Positions 16,313 through 24,325 of a stretch of 24,325 nucleotides of DNA are shown piece after piece (position 1 is the first letter of the stretch; each line of letters begins with the position of its first letter). The position numbers and the translations under genes are program-made. The stretch comes from Candidatus Bathyarchaeota archaeon (GTDB lineage Archaea; Thermoproteota; Bathyarchaeia; Bathyarchaeales; DTEX01): assembly GCA_026414245.1 (NCBI GenBank), contig JAOAJJ010000002.1:1-24325 (forward strand), given 5' to 3'. The notes under the pieces were generated by a model that worked only from the letters and a program-made list of their open reading frames with translations, was not told the DNA's origin and did not search any database.

Positions 16313-16636
16313 CCGCGAGAATAATCCAAATCCCATATTCAATCTCCCGACTCAAAAAAATCCAAGAATATTGAATATTTAGTGCACTCAGCTCATGGAA
16401 ATTGGCGTCTTAGACGCCGATTTTATAAGCCGTTTACGGCGAACGCTATTGCGAGATTTAGCGGTTTTGTGTTTTTCCACCTGTAACGGCGACTTTTTGC
16501 ATCTTCTTCATCTTAATTTTTAGCTGTCTCTTCCGATCATTGATGGTCTTAATATTTCTCCGCTTTTATGGAGTTTCGGTCTTGCCGCTTATTTTGTTCA
16601 TCGATTTATTGAGATGTAATTTAATAAAATAAGCTA

Positions 16637-16644
16637 TTTAAATA
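16637..16644 (+). promoter_or_regulatory. TATA box (TTTAAATA) of the Lrp/AsnC gene
   Basis: About 34 nt before ATG 16678; GGTGA RBS at 16667-16671. Confidence 0.5.
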
Positions 16645-16677
16645 CTTTGTGTTTAGAAAATAAACTGGTGAAAGGGA

Positions 16678-17246
16678 ATGGATGAGGTTGATAAGAGAAT
16701 AATTTCTGAGCTACAGTTGAATGGCAGAGCAACATTAGATGATCTCGCTGAGAAAACCGGCTATACGAGTATGGGGGTTAGAAGGAGGCTTCAACGACTG
16801 CTCGAGCAAAACGCTATTAAAGTCTCAGCGCTGATGAATCAATTCTATTTCAGGCTTCTTCCAGCGATAGTTTTGCTTGAAGTGGAGAGCGCTGAAGCTA
16901 TGCAGAATCTCCTTGATAGATTTAGGGACTGCCCAAGGGTTATTCAAATATTTAAGACTTTAGGCGGATATAACCTAATAGCCATCCTCATAGCCGAGAT
17001 CAAAATACTCTGGAAAGCATCTCTATTGAGAAATGCTCTATTAGAAGTGGGGCTGGCATAAGAAGATCGGAGATCTATCCGGTAAGCGACATATATTTCT
17101 CACAGTTTCTTCCAGTAAGAGAGTATCTTGCCGTCGAGAAGAAGAAGACTGCGCCCTGCGGGGTTAACTGCAAACCATGCAAGAGATATGCTAGCGGAAA
17201 ATGTGTCGGATGCCCGGCGACAACTGATTATAAGGGTCCTCTTTAA
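16678..17246 (+). pseudogene. Lrp/AsnC-family regulator with Cys-rich C-terminal tail, split by a 1-nt frameshift near 16998
   Basis: Frame 1 encodes the HTH (MDEVDKRII.ELQ.NGR.T...LAEK) and RAM-domain start up to ...LIAE. Adding one base (GAG|GAT) continues DQNTLESISIEKCSIRSGAGIRRSEIYPV...APCGVNCKPCKRYASGKCVGCPATTDYKGPL, with stop at 17244-17246 (189 aa). May be a sequencing or assembly error. Confidence 0.8.
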
Positions 17247-17556
17247 GTTGGAGGGATAAATGGGTTCCTCATAAAGAGAATAATGCAATCATGCTGGAAT
17301 AATAAATCGAGTTCACGCTCAGTAGATCAGTAGCTCGCTTGCATAGAAACGGTTTATGTTGTTTAGTAGCTCTACATATTTATGTTAAAAGACTCGCTTA
17401 AACCTTCACCATAATAGAACCTAAAAATATGTGCCTAGGAAAATTGAAACCCTCTATAAAAGGGAATTTGCAGGGAGATAAGCGAAGAATAGCAGAAGAT
17501 CGATAAATCTACTCGATTTTCTAGGGGGATAAAGAGACTGTTTGAATCTTAATCTG

Positions 17557-17877
17557 TCATATTGTGAAGTAGGAATATATCTTTATGTCTTTGCCTATCT
17601 CCGACTTAACAAAGTTTATTACATCTTCATCGCTGAGATATACGTTGCCGAGGTCATCAACCCTAAATTTTATTCCGGTCTTCTTCAACCTATCTCCGCC
17701 CGCCGTGTCTATGAAGACATATTGTACGCCAATTACCGGCAGAATTAGTCTCAAACTAGTTAAGTTTCTCGCAGGGACACCCATTTCAATCCTATAGGCT
17801 AGCTCCTTGGCACCATGCTTCTTGACCAGATGCTTAAAATCCTCCCAAGAATCAACCCTAACCACCTTACTGCTCAA
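17557..17877 (-). CDS. Hypothetical soluble protein (106 aa)
   Basis: Alpha/beta-like composition; TTG start behind GGGGA; fills the gap between lrp and the PLD gene. Confidence 0.7.
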   Translation of the reverse strand: MSSKVVRVDSWEDFKHLVKKHGAKELAYRIEMGVPARNLTSLRLILPVIGVQYVFIDTAGGDRLKKTGIKFRVDDLGNVYLSDEDVINFVKSEIGKDIKIYSYFTI

Positions 17878-18035
17878 GGTAGTTCCCCAAACCTAAAAAT
17901 TCTGGAAAAACTATTTTAAGTTTAAGATCCCTTCTCGGCTGACACGCCTCTTTCCATAATGGAAAACTTTTTAGTTTAGAAAGCGGTTTTAAAGGATTGC
18001 TATCTCATAATCATTAGGAGGAGGGGCTCCTGCCT

Positions 18036-18737
18036 TTGACGAGAAGGTCCCGTATAGGCTTAATTTCAATCGTATTCGCTTTAATAATTGGGCTGGCTAT
18101 AGGAAACTACCTTAGCGAGGTAAAGTATAGGGAGGAGAGGGAAAGAGTAAAGATTGAGCTGGCTGAGAAGGATAGGAAGATTGAAGAGTTAAGCGAGCTT
18201 GTAAGCGTCCTCCAAGTATGGCTTGAGGGCAACATGACTTTTTACGGCGAGAAGATAGCGCTTCTAGAAGAACATATATCCGAGCTGGAGAAGCAGCTGA
18301 AGATAAGGGTCTTAGGCATTTATTTTTCGCCGAAGGGCGGCTGTGCAAGCGCCATCATAAACTGGATAAAACGTGCAAATAGCTCTATCTACATATTGAT
18401 TTATAGTTTTACACTCGATTCAATTGGCGAGGCTCTCATCGAAGCATATAACCGAGGGGTGGATGTTAAAGCCGTCTTCGAAAAGGGTCAGATAACACAG
18501 TACAGCGAGTATTGGAGACTAAGAGATGCTGGGATACCCGTACGCAACGATACAAATCCGAAATCTATGCACCATAAAGTCATGATAATAGACGGAGAAA
18601 TAATTATTACTGGAAGCTACAACTGGTCGAAAACCGCTGAAGAAGAGAATAACGAGAACTTGATAATCATAAAGGATAGGGATATCGCTAGAAAATACGA
18701 GGAGGAATTTGAAAAGATATGGATTGAAAGCATTTAG
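18036..18737 (+). CDS. Membrane-anchored single-HKD phospholipase D superfamily protein (Nuc-like)
   Basis: N-terminal TM (IGLISIVFALIIGLAIG), coiled-coil stalk, FSPKGGC, YSFT, HHKVMIIDGEIIITGSYNWS (HxKxxxxD...GSxN), ENLII. TTG start behind GGAGG. Confidence 0.88.
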   Translation: MTRRSRIGLISIVFALIIGLAIGNYLSEVKYREERERVKIELAEKDRKIEELSELVSVLQVWLEGNMTFYGEKIALLEEHISELEKQLKIRVLGIYFSPKGGCASAIINWIKRANSSIYILIYSFTLDSIGEALIEAYNRGVDVKAVFEKGQITQYSEYWRLRDAGIPVRNDTNPKSMHHKVMIIDGEIIITGSYNWSKTAEEENNENLIIIKDRDIARKYEEEFEKIWIESI

Positions 18738-18837
18738 GAAATTATATGGTGACCATAAACTGAATTATAAGGCAGTGTTAATATACTTGGCTTAACTTAT
18801 CTTTAAATGTTAAATTTACCTGTGGCTGGCTAGCTTA

Positions 18838-21678
18838 ATGGATGCGAATAGTGAGAGAAGAATTGGAACGCGTGCCCTATACTGGGCAATATTAGTTATC
18901 TCAGTAACTCTAGTTTTTTCCGTTTTACTCAGCCGTGAAATTGTATCTTTTTGGCTTAATTTTATAGAGTTCGGGGATCTATTCTTAAAACCCATATACT
19001 TCGGGCTCTTAGGCGGATTCATACTAGCATTAATCGCCTTCTTCAGGATAGACTTCAAGAATAGAAGATCTATAACATGGTGGTTCATCAACCTAATAGC
19101 TAAAATCATCCGTTCGAGGGGAAGTCTGGAGAGGATTTCACCCATATGGTTTGACTTCGATGGCTTCAAAATGTCTTTGCTCAGTTTCTTTATCTGGCAG
19201 CTCACCAAAGCCTCGGTTGGCGCTGCTCTTTTAAGCAATGTTATTTTTGGCATGGCGGTTGAAGCCATCATAATGGGTTGGAACCCAAACCTTGAGATGT
19301 TTCCTAAAATCTTCAGCCTCCCTTTCATCACTCCACCGATAGATATGTCGTATGCAAGGGAGAACCTTGAGCCTTTAATTCCAGCCTTAACCCTTCTGAT
19401 TCCGCCTCTGCTCCGTTCTCTTCTAATTAGATTAGCACTCTTAGTTGCAGCAACACATATCATACGTATAATCATGCCATTCGTTGCCGCATACCTCTGG
19501 GATCTTGAGATGCCAAGTCTAAATAGATTTATGCCAGCTATTCAGACTTTAATAGCGATCTTCATCTTGTGGCTGACAGTGGATAGGTTTTTCGCACCTT
19601 TCATTGACTATAACACTAGATATCAGATTCTCGGATTAATGGCGGGAGGTCTTGCATTAATCGTATTTTCAGCCTTAGATAAGAGAGCTTTCAGCTCCGA
19701 CTCAAATAGAGTTTTAAAACGGCGGCAAATCTATATTCGTATATTAACCTTAACCCTGATCGGCATAACTTTCGGCACACTTATAATACTCAACAATAGC
19801 ATTGCAGACGTAAGAAAAGTGGATATGCTCGGATCATATGTTGCACAAATGATTTCCGTCAACAGATATCTGGCTGAACTTGATGCCGTGAAGGAGGCAC
19901 CCTATGAATTCGGCCTTTCATCGATCCCTCCGGATGAGATAGATGAGTATATTGCGCAGGTTGAAGGGCTTCTGGAGAAGGTGCGCCTATGGGATCAACA
20001 AGCATCATTCGATAAGCTTAGGCCGGAGATAGGTTTAATACCCTACGTCGACTTCGCTGAGGTTGACATTCTGCGATTTAACGGTTCCCTCTACTGGAGC
20101 GCCTCGATGGATTTAATATTGCCTCAGAGCGTTAGGCCGGAGGATAGATGGTATGCAATCCACTTCGTTTACACTCATGTGCCTAATGGTTTTCTCATGC
20201 TTGACGCCCACACGGGGAAAATTGTTGACGCATCAAGGTTCTTTCCACAGAGAAGAGTGTATTATGGTGAAGGCGGTCTCTTTCAGGAAACCTGGGTTGC
20301 ATTCCCGAAAGATAGAGTCTCCAGTGTAGAGGTGGAAGGATACTTCTATAGCGGTAAGGGCGGCGTTGATGTTGCTCCACCATTAAGCTGGATATTTGAG
20401 CCGAACTTTCTCCTCTCTTATCCAACCACGGTAATGAGGGTTTTAAGATATAGGGATGTTTTCGACCGCATGAGGCTTCTATTCCCATATTTCACATACG
20501 AGTTTGATAGGCGGCAAATTGATATATGGCCTGTAACTGACGGCAAAAGAACCTTCTGGGCTATGCCATTAATCGTTTTTCTCGACGCAGAGCGTGTACC
20601 TTGGAGTGATGGAAACAAGTTTGGTAGGCTAGCGGGTTACGCGTTGATAGATGTGTATGACGGCGACATTCAATTAATCGTCATCGGAGATGACTTTTTC
20701 AGCCATCTATTTAAAAGAGCCTACAGAGAGTATGTTCGCACAGATGTCCCAGAGTGGCTCAAGAACCAGTTAAGGTATCCAGAGGAGCTCTTTGAATGGA
20801 GAGTAAGCATGTACAACTTCTTTCATGTAACCGACCCCGCAATATTCATAGCTGCGAAGGAGTTTTATCTCGTGCCCAGAGGCATCGACACATATTATAT
20901 TATAGCGCAGCCCCATGGCTTTAATGAAACAGAGTTCGTTGGAATACTTTCGCTTGAACTTAGGGGAGCCCTTGGAGAAAACTTGGCTGGCTACATGGTT
21001 GTAAGAAACGATTATCCCTACACTGGGGAAATGATATTCTATAAAGTTCCCTTGGAAAGCAAAACTAAGCTCTTAGGACCAACAGCCGTAAACGAGGCGC
21101 TGGAAAGAAACCCTGACTTCACAGCTCTAAAGACCCTACTTAGGGAGCCACGTGTAGGAAACCAAATTTTCTACAGGATTGGCAGGTACGATGTGTTTAT
21201 AATCCCAGTATATACAGCGCCGGGAGGAGGAGTAGTCACCCAGATAGGTGTGATAGCAACTGTTGGAGCAGACTTCACCGGCGAATATTATGTGGGTTTA
21301 GGCACAACGATTAAAGAAAGTTTCCGCCTCTTCCTCTCTAAAATCGCAGGGGTTCAGGCTCCACCCTCGAAGCCGGAGATAAGCGAAGAAGAGAAAATTT
21401 CTAATATAATTAGGGCGGTTGAGGATGCGGGTTTAAATGCGCTTAAGCCCGCTGAAATCCGTCCAAACGTATCTTTTCTGGTAGATAGCGCCAAATATGT
21501 TTATAGTGAGGATTGGGCTGATGTCCAGAGGTGCCTAAACAATTTTATAAAGGTGTGTGAAAATTATAACGCAAAGAGAGCTTTTGTTTGGGAAAGCGAT
21601 GGAAAATTAAACGTTGGTATACTAGTCAACGTTGAAGGGATAATAGAGCTCCACTATGTAGAGATAGATCTTACCTAA
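18838..21678 (+). CDS. UPF0182 family membrane protein
   Basis: Multi-TM N-terminal third followed by a large soluble region with family motifs RLWD, HFVYTH, R.YYGE, YALIDVYDG, LRYPEELF, HVTDP..F, NLAGYM..RND, LGP. Confidence 0.85.
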   Translation: MDANSERRIGTRALYWAILVISVTLVFSVLLSREIVSFWLNFIEFGDLFLKPIYFGLLGGFILALIAFFRIDFKNRRSITWWFINLIAKIIRSRGSLERISPIWFDFDGFKMSLLSFFIWQLTKASVGAALLSNVIFGMAVEAIIMGWNPNLEMFPKIFSLPFITPPIDMSYARENLEPLIPALTLLIPPLLRSLLIRLALLVAATHIIRIIMPFVAAYLWDLEMPSLNRFMPAIQTLIAIFILWLTVDRFFAPFIDYNTRYQILGLMAGGLALIVFSALDKRAFSSDSNRVLKRRQIYIRILTLTLIGITFGTLIILNNSIADVRKVDMLGSYVAQMISVNRYLAELDAVKEAPYEFGLSSIPPDEIDEYIAQVEGLLEKVRLWDQQASFDKLRPEIGLIPYVDFAEVDILRFNGSLYWSASMDLILPQSVRPEDRWYAIHFVYTHVPNGFLMLDAHTGKIVDASRFFPQRRVYYGEGGLFQETWVAFPKDRVSSVEVEGYFYSGKGGVDVAPPLSWIFEPNFLLSYPTTVMRVLRYRDVFDRMRLLFPYFTYEFDRRQIDIWPVTDGKRTFWAMPLIVFLDAERVPWSDGNKFGRLAGYALIDVYDGDIQLIVIGDDFFSHLFKRAYREYVRTDVPEWLKNQLRYPEELFEWRVSMYNFFHVTDPAIFIAAKEFYLVPRGIDTYYIIAQPHGFNETEFVGILSLELRGALGENLAGYMVVRNDYPYTGEMIFYKVPLESKTKLLGPTAVNEALERNPDFTALKTLLREPRVGNQIFYRIGRYDVFIIPVYTAPGGGVVTQIGVIATVGADFTGEYYVGLGTTIKESFRLFLSKIAGVQAPPSKPEISEEEKISNIIRAVEDAGLNALKPAEIRPNVSFLVDSAKYVYSEDWADVQRCLNNFIKVCENYNAKRAFVWESDGKLNVGILVNVEGIIELHYVEIDLT

Positions 21679-21700
21679 TACCTAAAAAGGTGAATGAGCG

Positions 21701-22156
21701 ATGTCGAAGAATGATTCAAACAAAATGCTGTTAAATCTTATCCTAGGTGTGAGCGCCACCTTAGCGATAGCGCTTCTAATATTAGCATTTAAGGTTAAAG
21801 GGGGGCTAATAGGAGCCATTCTCGGATCCATAATAGTTCTTGCGCTAATATACTGGATGAGGGAGGTAAAAAGAATCTTTAGTGTACGGAGAAACACCGC
21901 TGAGGAGCATGACTGGCTATACGACTTTATTGAGGAAGGAGAGGACGTTATCTTTGTGGCAAAGGTTCCAGGACCGCCTGAGGAAGTGAGAGTGAAGCTT
22001 ACTGATGGCGTGTTGGAGATTAGGGGAGGTGGAAACTTTTTTAGGAAAGTGGAGTTATCGAGGGACGCAAAGATTGTGGAGAAATCCTATGTTAACGGGG
22101 TTTTACGATTAAAGCTGCGTGTTTCGCAAATAAAGCAGAGTGGGCTGCAGCGATAA
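21701..22156 (+). CDS. Hsp20/alpha-crystallin domain protein with N-terminal transmembrane hairpin
   Basis: Two hydrophobic helices at about residues 10-52, then an ACD (YDFIEEGEDVIFVAKVPG...LEIRG...F.RKVEL...YVNGVL.L.L). AGGTGA RBS; 22 nt after the UPF0182 stop. Confidence 0.8.
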   Translation: MSKNDSNKMLLNLILGVSATLAIALLILAFKVKGGLIGAILGSIIVLALIYWMREVKRIFSVRRNTAEEHDWLYDFIEEGEDVIFVAKVPGPPEEVRVKLTDGVLEIRGGGNFFRKVELSRDAKIVEKSYVNGVLRLKLRVSQIKQSGLQR

Positions 22157-22163
22157 CTCTGCG

Positions 22164-23585
22164 CTATATTTCCCACTCTTTAAGTTTTTCTTGCTTAACT
22201 ACTGGTTTAGTCCAATCTCCATATTTTATCCAGATGAGCGCTGCGGCTCCTCCTATAAGATTGCTTAACGCTATGGCTAGCCATGCTCCAGCAGACCCCA
22301 TGCCAAGCAGGAAGGCTAACATGTAACCTAACCCTACCCTAATTCCCCAGAGCCTAAATATTCCAATCAAGGTTGGGGTGATGGTGTGACCGGAGCCTCT
22401 TCCCGTCGACATGGCAACCATAAATAAACCGAAGAATGGCAGCGTAGGTAATAATTTTTGAAGGAAGGAGGCAGTTTCAGTCAATATTAAGGGGTCATCG
22501 GTAAACACTTCAATCAGATGCTCTTTAATCGGGTAAATGACTGTGGCTCCTAAAGCTACCAGCATGAATACTAGTAGACAAGATTTATATGCGACCTCCC
22601 TAGCCCTCTCAGTTTTTCCAGCTCCCAAGCTCTGTCCGACCATTATAGCGGTTGCGCCGCCAAGGCCGAAGAGGGCTGCATCGACTATATCCATTATAAC
22701 GAATCCTATTGCGTAGGATGTAGCTGCAATTATGCCAAGATCGTTCACTATCCTTAGCTGCATTAGAAATGCGAATCCATTTGTTAATCCTAGGACGAGG
22801 ATTGGTGAGCTTATGCGGGTAACCAAAGTAATCCATTCGAAATCTATGTCTCTGGTGAACGCTATCTTGAGATCCGGGTAGCTCTTTCTAATGATGTATG
22901 TTAGCATCAGCACCGACATAATTTTGCCCATGACATCCGTGAGGGCTGCTCCCACAACCCCCAGCCTTGGAAAAGGATGTATCCCCAGAACTAAGAATGG
23001 GTCTAACAGTATGTTTAAGCTGACCGCAGCAGCATTAACTATGGATGGTCTCCTCGTGTCACCTACGCTTTGGAGAAGCGTCGTGAAGGTTAGCGATATA
23101 TAGTTTAGGAAAATATCTAGGGCGATTATACCTGAATACTTGACGACATCGCTGAAAATTTCCGGCGGCGTAGATATAATATGTGAGAAAATATACTCTC
23201 TCAAAGCCAAGAGCATTATGCAAAGTATGCCTCCAGCGGAAAATAACACCGTGAAGAATCGTGATGCTGAACGACTAGCCTCTCTATAAGCCCTTCCACC
23301 AACATATTGAGAGACGGTACTTAAACATGCCGCGGTTAAAGCCATAGCTAAAGCTTGAAAAAGCATAATTATGGGCCAGGTCTGTCTTGGAACAGCTACG
23401 GTAACATCGCTATACTGACTTAGCCAGTATGCGTCTGCAGTATTATAGGCGATAATGATTAGCTGGTTTAAAAGGGGAGGGGCGCCCAACCACAATAGCA
23501 TGCGAAAAATTGGGTCGTGAACTATTCTTTCCCTATATCTGCTTATCGAAGTATCTTCATCCGAGCCGCTGTCTCCATCAGCCAT
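22164..23585 (-). CDS. MATE family efflux transporter
   Basis: About 12 TM in two repeats; SQYVGG, GDTRRP...NILLDP..V.G...P.LGVVGAA, GQSLGAG...RA, GAWLAI. Confidence 0.92.
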   Translation of the reverse strand: MADGDSGSDEDTSISRYRERIVHDPIFRMLLWLGAPPLLNQLIIIAYNTADAYWLSQYSDVTVAVPRQTWPIIMLFQALAMALTAACLSTVSQYVGGRAYREASRSASRFFTVLFSAGGILCIMLLALREYIFSHIISTPPEIFSDVVKYSGIIALDIFLNYISLTFTTLLQSVGDTRRPSIVNAAAVSLNILLDPFLVLGIHPFPRLGVVGAALTDVMGKIMSVLMLTYIIRKSYPDLKIAFTRDIDFEWITLVTRISSPILVLGLTNGFAFLMQLRIVNDLGIIAATSYAIGFVIMDIVDAALFGLGGATAIMVGQSLGAGKTERAREVAYKSCLLVFMLVALGATVIYPIKEHLIEVFTDDPLILTETASFLQKLLPTLPFFGLFMVAMSTGRGSGHTITPTLIGIFRLWGIRVGLGYMLAFLLGMGSAGAWLAIALSNLIGGAAALIWIKYGDWTKPVVKQEKLKEWEI

Positions 23586-23760
23586 ATGTATAATTGAGTT
23601 TAAGTTAATAATTAAAAGTTTTATGCTAAGCTTAACGTGGTTTTAGCCGCTAACGAGTAATGCTTATATCTAAGCTCCCAGCTAATTTTTTCCTCATAGC
23701 GGTGGAAAGGTTGCTGAAAATAGATAATGTATCCCTGTTCCCCGATGGGGATTGAGTATC

Positions 23761-24325
23761 TTGAGCAGCTTAAGCTCGATAATGCTTATTGCTCCCATAG
23801 CGGGTATTCTTGCTCAAGTTTTCTCTGTTTTCACAGTGTACAGTATTCTCCGTAGACGCTGTATTTCTGAGAAGATAAATGTTATCTCAAAAATCATTAG
23901 AGATGGAGCCATAACCTACCTGAACCGGCAGTTTTTAACGGTCTTTGTGTTCAGTATAGTTTTAGCCATAGTGGTAGGCTTATTCTTTAACCTATTCACA
24001 GCCATAACTTTCTCCATCGGCGCGGCTTTTTCAGCTCTCTCAGCATATTTAGGGACAGTGATAGCCATTAACACAAATTCTAGAACCGCTGAAGCCGCAA
24101 AAGAAGGTTTTAGAGAAGCATTCACAATAGCCTTTGAAGGCGGAATATCCACAGGCCTACTTTTAACAGGCTTCGGCCTATTGACTGTTAGCGGGCTATA
24201 CATAATATTTTCAGCCCTCGGATACGAGAATCCGGAGAATTTAGTCGGCTTAAGCTTTGGAGCAAGCCTAGTGGGATTATTTGCGCGTGTAGGTGGAGGA
24301 ATATACACTAAAGCAGCAGATATAA
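23761..24325 (+). CDS. hppA: Membrane-integral H+/Na+-translocating pyrophosphatase, 5' part (runs off the window)
   Basis: Open frame from 23728 to the window end: EK...ISKIIRDGA.TYL.RQF, N.RTAEAAKEG..EAF..AF.GG, FGASLVGLFARVGGGIYTKAADI (signature GGGIYTKAAD). Start candidates are TTG 23752, TTG 23761 or ATG 23782. Confidence 0.92.
   Translation, partial: MSSLSSIMLIAPIAGILAQVFSVFTVYSILRRRCISEKINVISKIIRDGAITYLNRQFLTVFVFSIVLAIVVGLFFNLFTAITFSIGAAFSALSAYLGTVIAINTNSRTAEAAKEGFREAFTIAFEGGISTGLLLTGFGLLTVSGLYIIFSALGYENPENLVGLSFGASLVGLFARVGGGIYTKAADI

Noticed and set aside
16974-17061. Programmed -1 ribosomal frameshifting in lrp
   Set aside because: No slippery heptamer or evident stimulatory structure.
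17542-17797. Short + strand ORFs 17542-17748 and 17585-17797
   Set aside because: Antisense shadows of the better-supported 106-aa minus-strand gene.
18745-18757. TATGGT-G-ACCATA palindrome upstream of UPF0182
   Set aside because: 6-bp arms and no second copy seen; within chance expectation.
18816-19475. 219-aa minus-strand ORF
   Set aside because: Antisense to the hydrophobic N-terminus of UPF0182; typical shadow ORF with no motifs.
23916-24308. 130-aa minus-strand ORF
   Set aside because: Antisense to hppA, which carries the family signature on the + strand.
1-24325. CRISPR arrays, IS elements, integrases, rRNA/tRNA genes
   Set aside because: No regularly spaced repeats, terminal inverted repeats, transposase/integrase ORFs or structural RNA signatures were seen on manual reading; no covariance-model search was run.

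Overview
Archaeal chromosomal segment, probably TACK and most like Bathyarchaeia. That placement is inferred from the gene set, archaeal TTTAAA-type promoters, GGTGA/GGAGG ribosome-binding sites and frequent TTG/GTG starts. I see no rRNA, tRNA, CRISPR array or mobile element. From left to right: (1) A carbohydrate-use cluster with probable remnants of a decayed MFS transporter gene, a 1065-aa (alpha/alpha)6 glycosidase-like protein that I cannot place in a family, a DUF362 protein, and a divergent pair of sorbitol-type polyol dehydrogenase and PfkB kinase. (2) A membrane protein, purP, a divergent purP paralogue and an M20 deacylase, tightly linked. (3) A COG2509-type flavoprotein divergent from a DtxR-family regulator plus Zn/Mn ABC transporter operon; the promoter carries two tandem TTAGG-N5-CCTA palindromes. 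(4) An Lrp/AsnC regulator with a Cys-rich tail, split by a 1-nt frameshift. (5) A small hypothetical gene, a membrane-anchored single-HKD PLD protein, and a UPF0182 gene paired with a transmembrane small heat-shock protein. (6) A MATE exporter and the 5' part of hppA, which runs off the window and is absent from the ORF track. The best candidates for undescribed systems are the UPF0182/TM-sHSP(/PLD) envelope module, the orphan-glycosidase/polyol catabolic locus, and the Cys-remodelled DtxR circuit with the neighbouring Cys-tailed Lrp.
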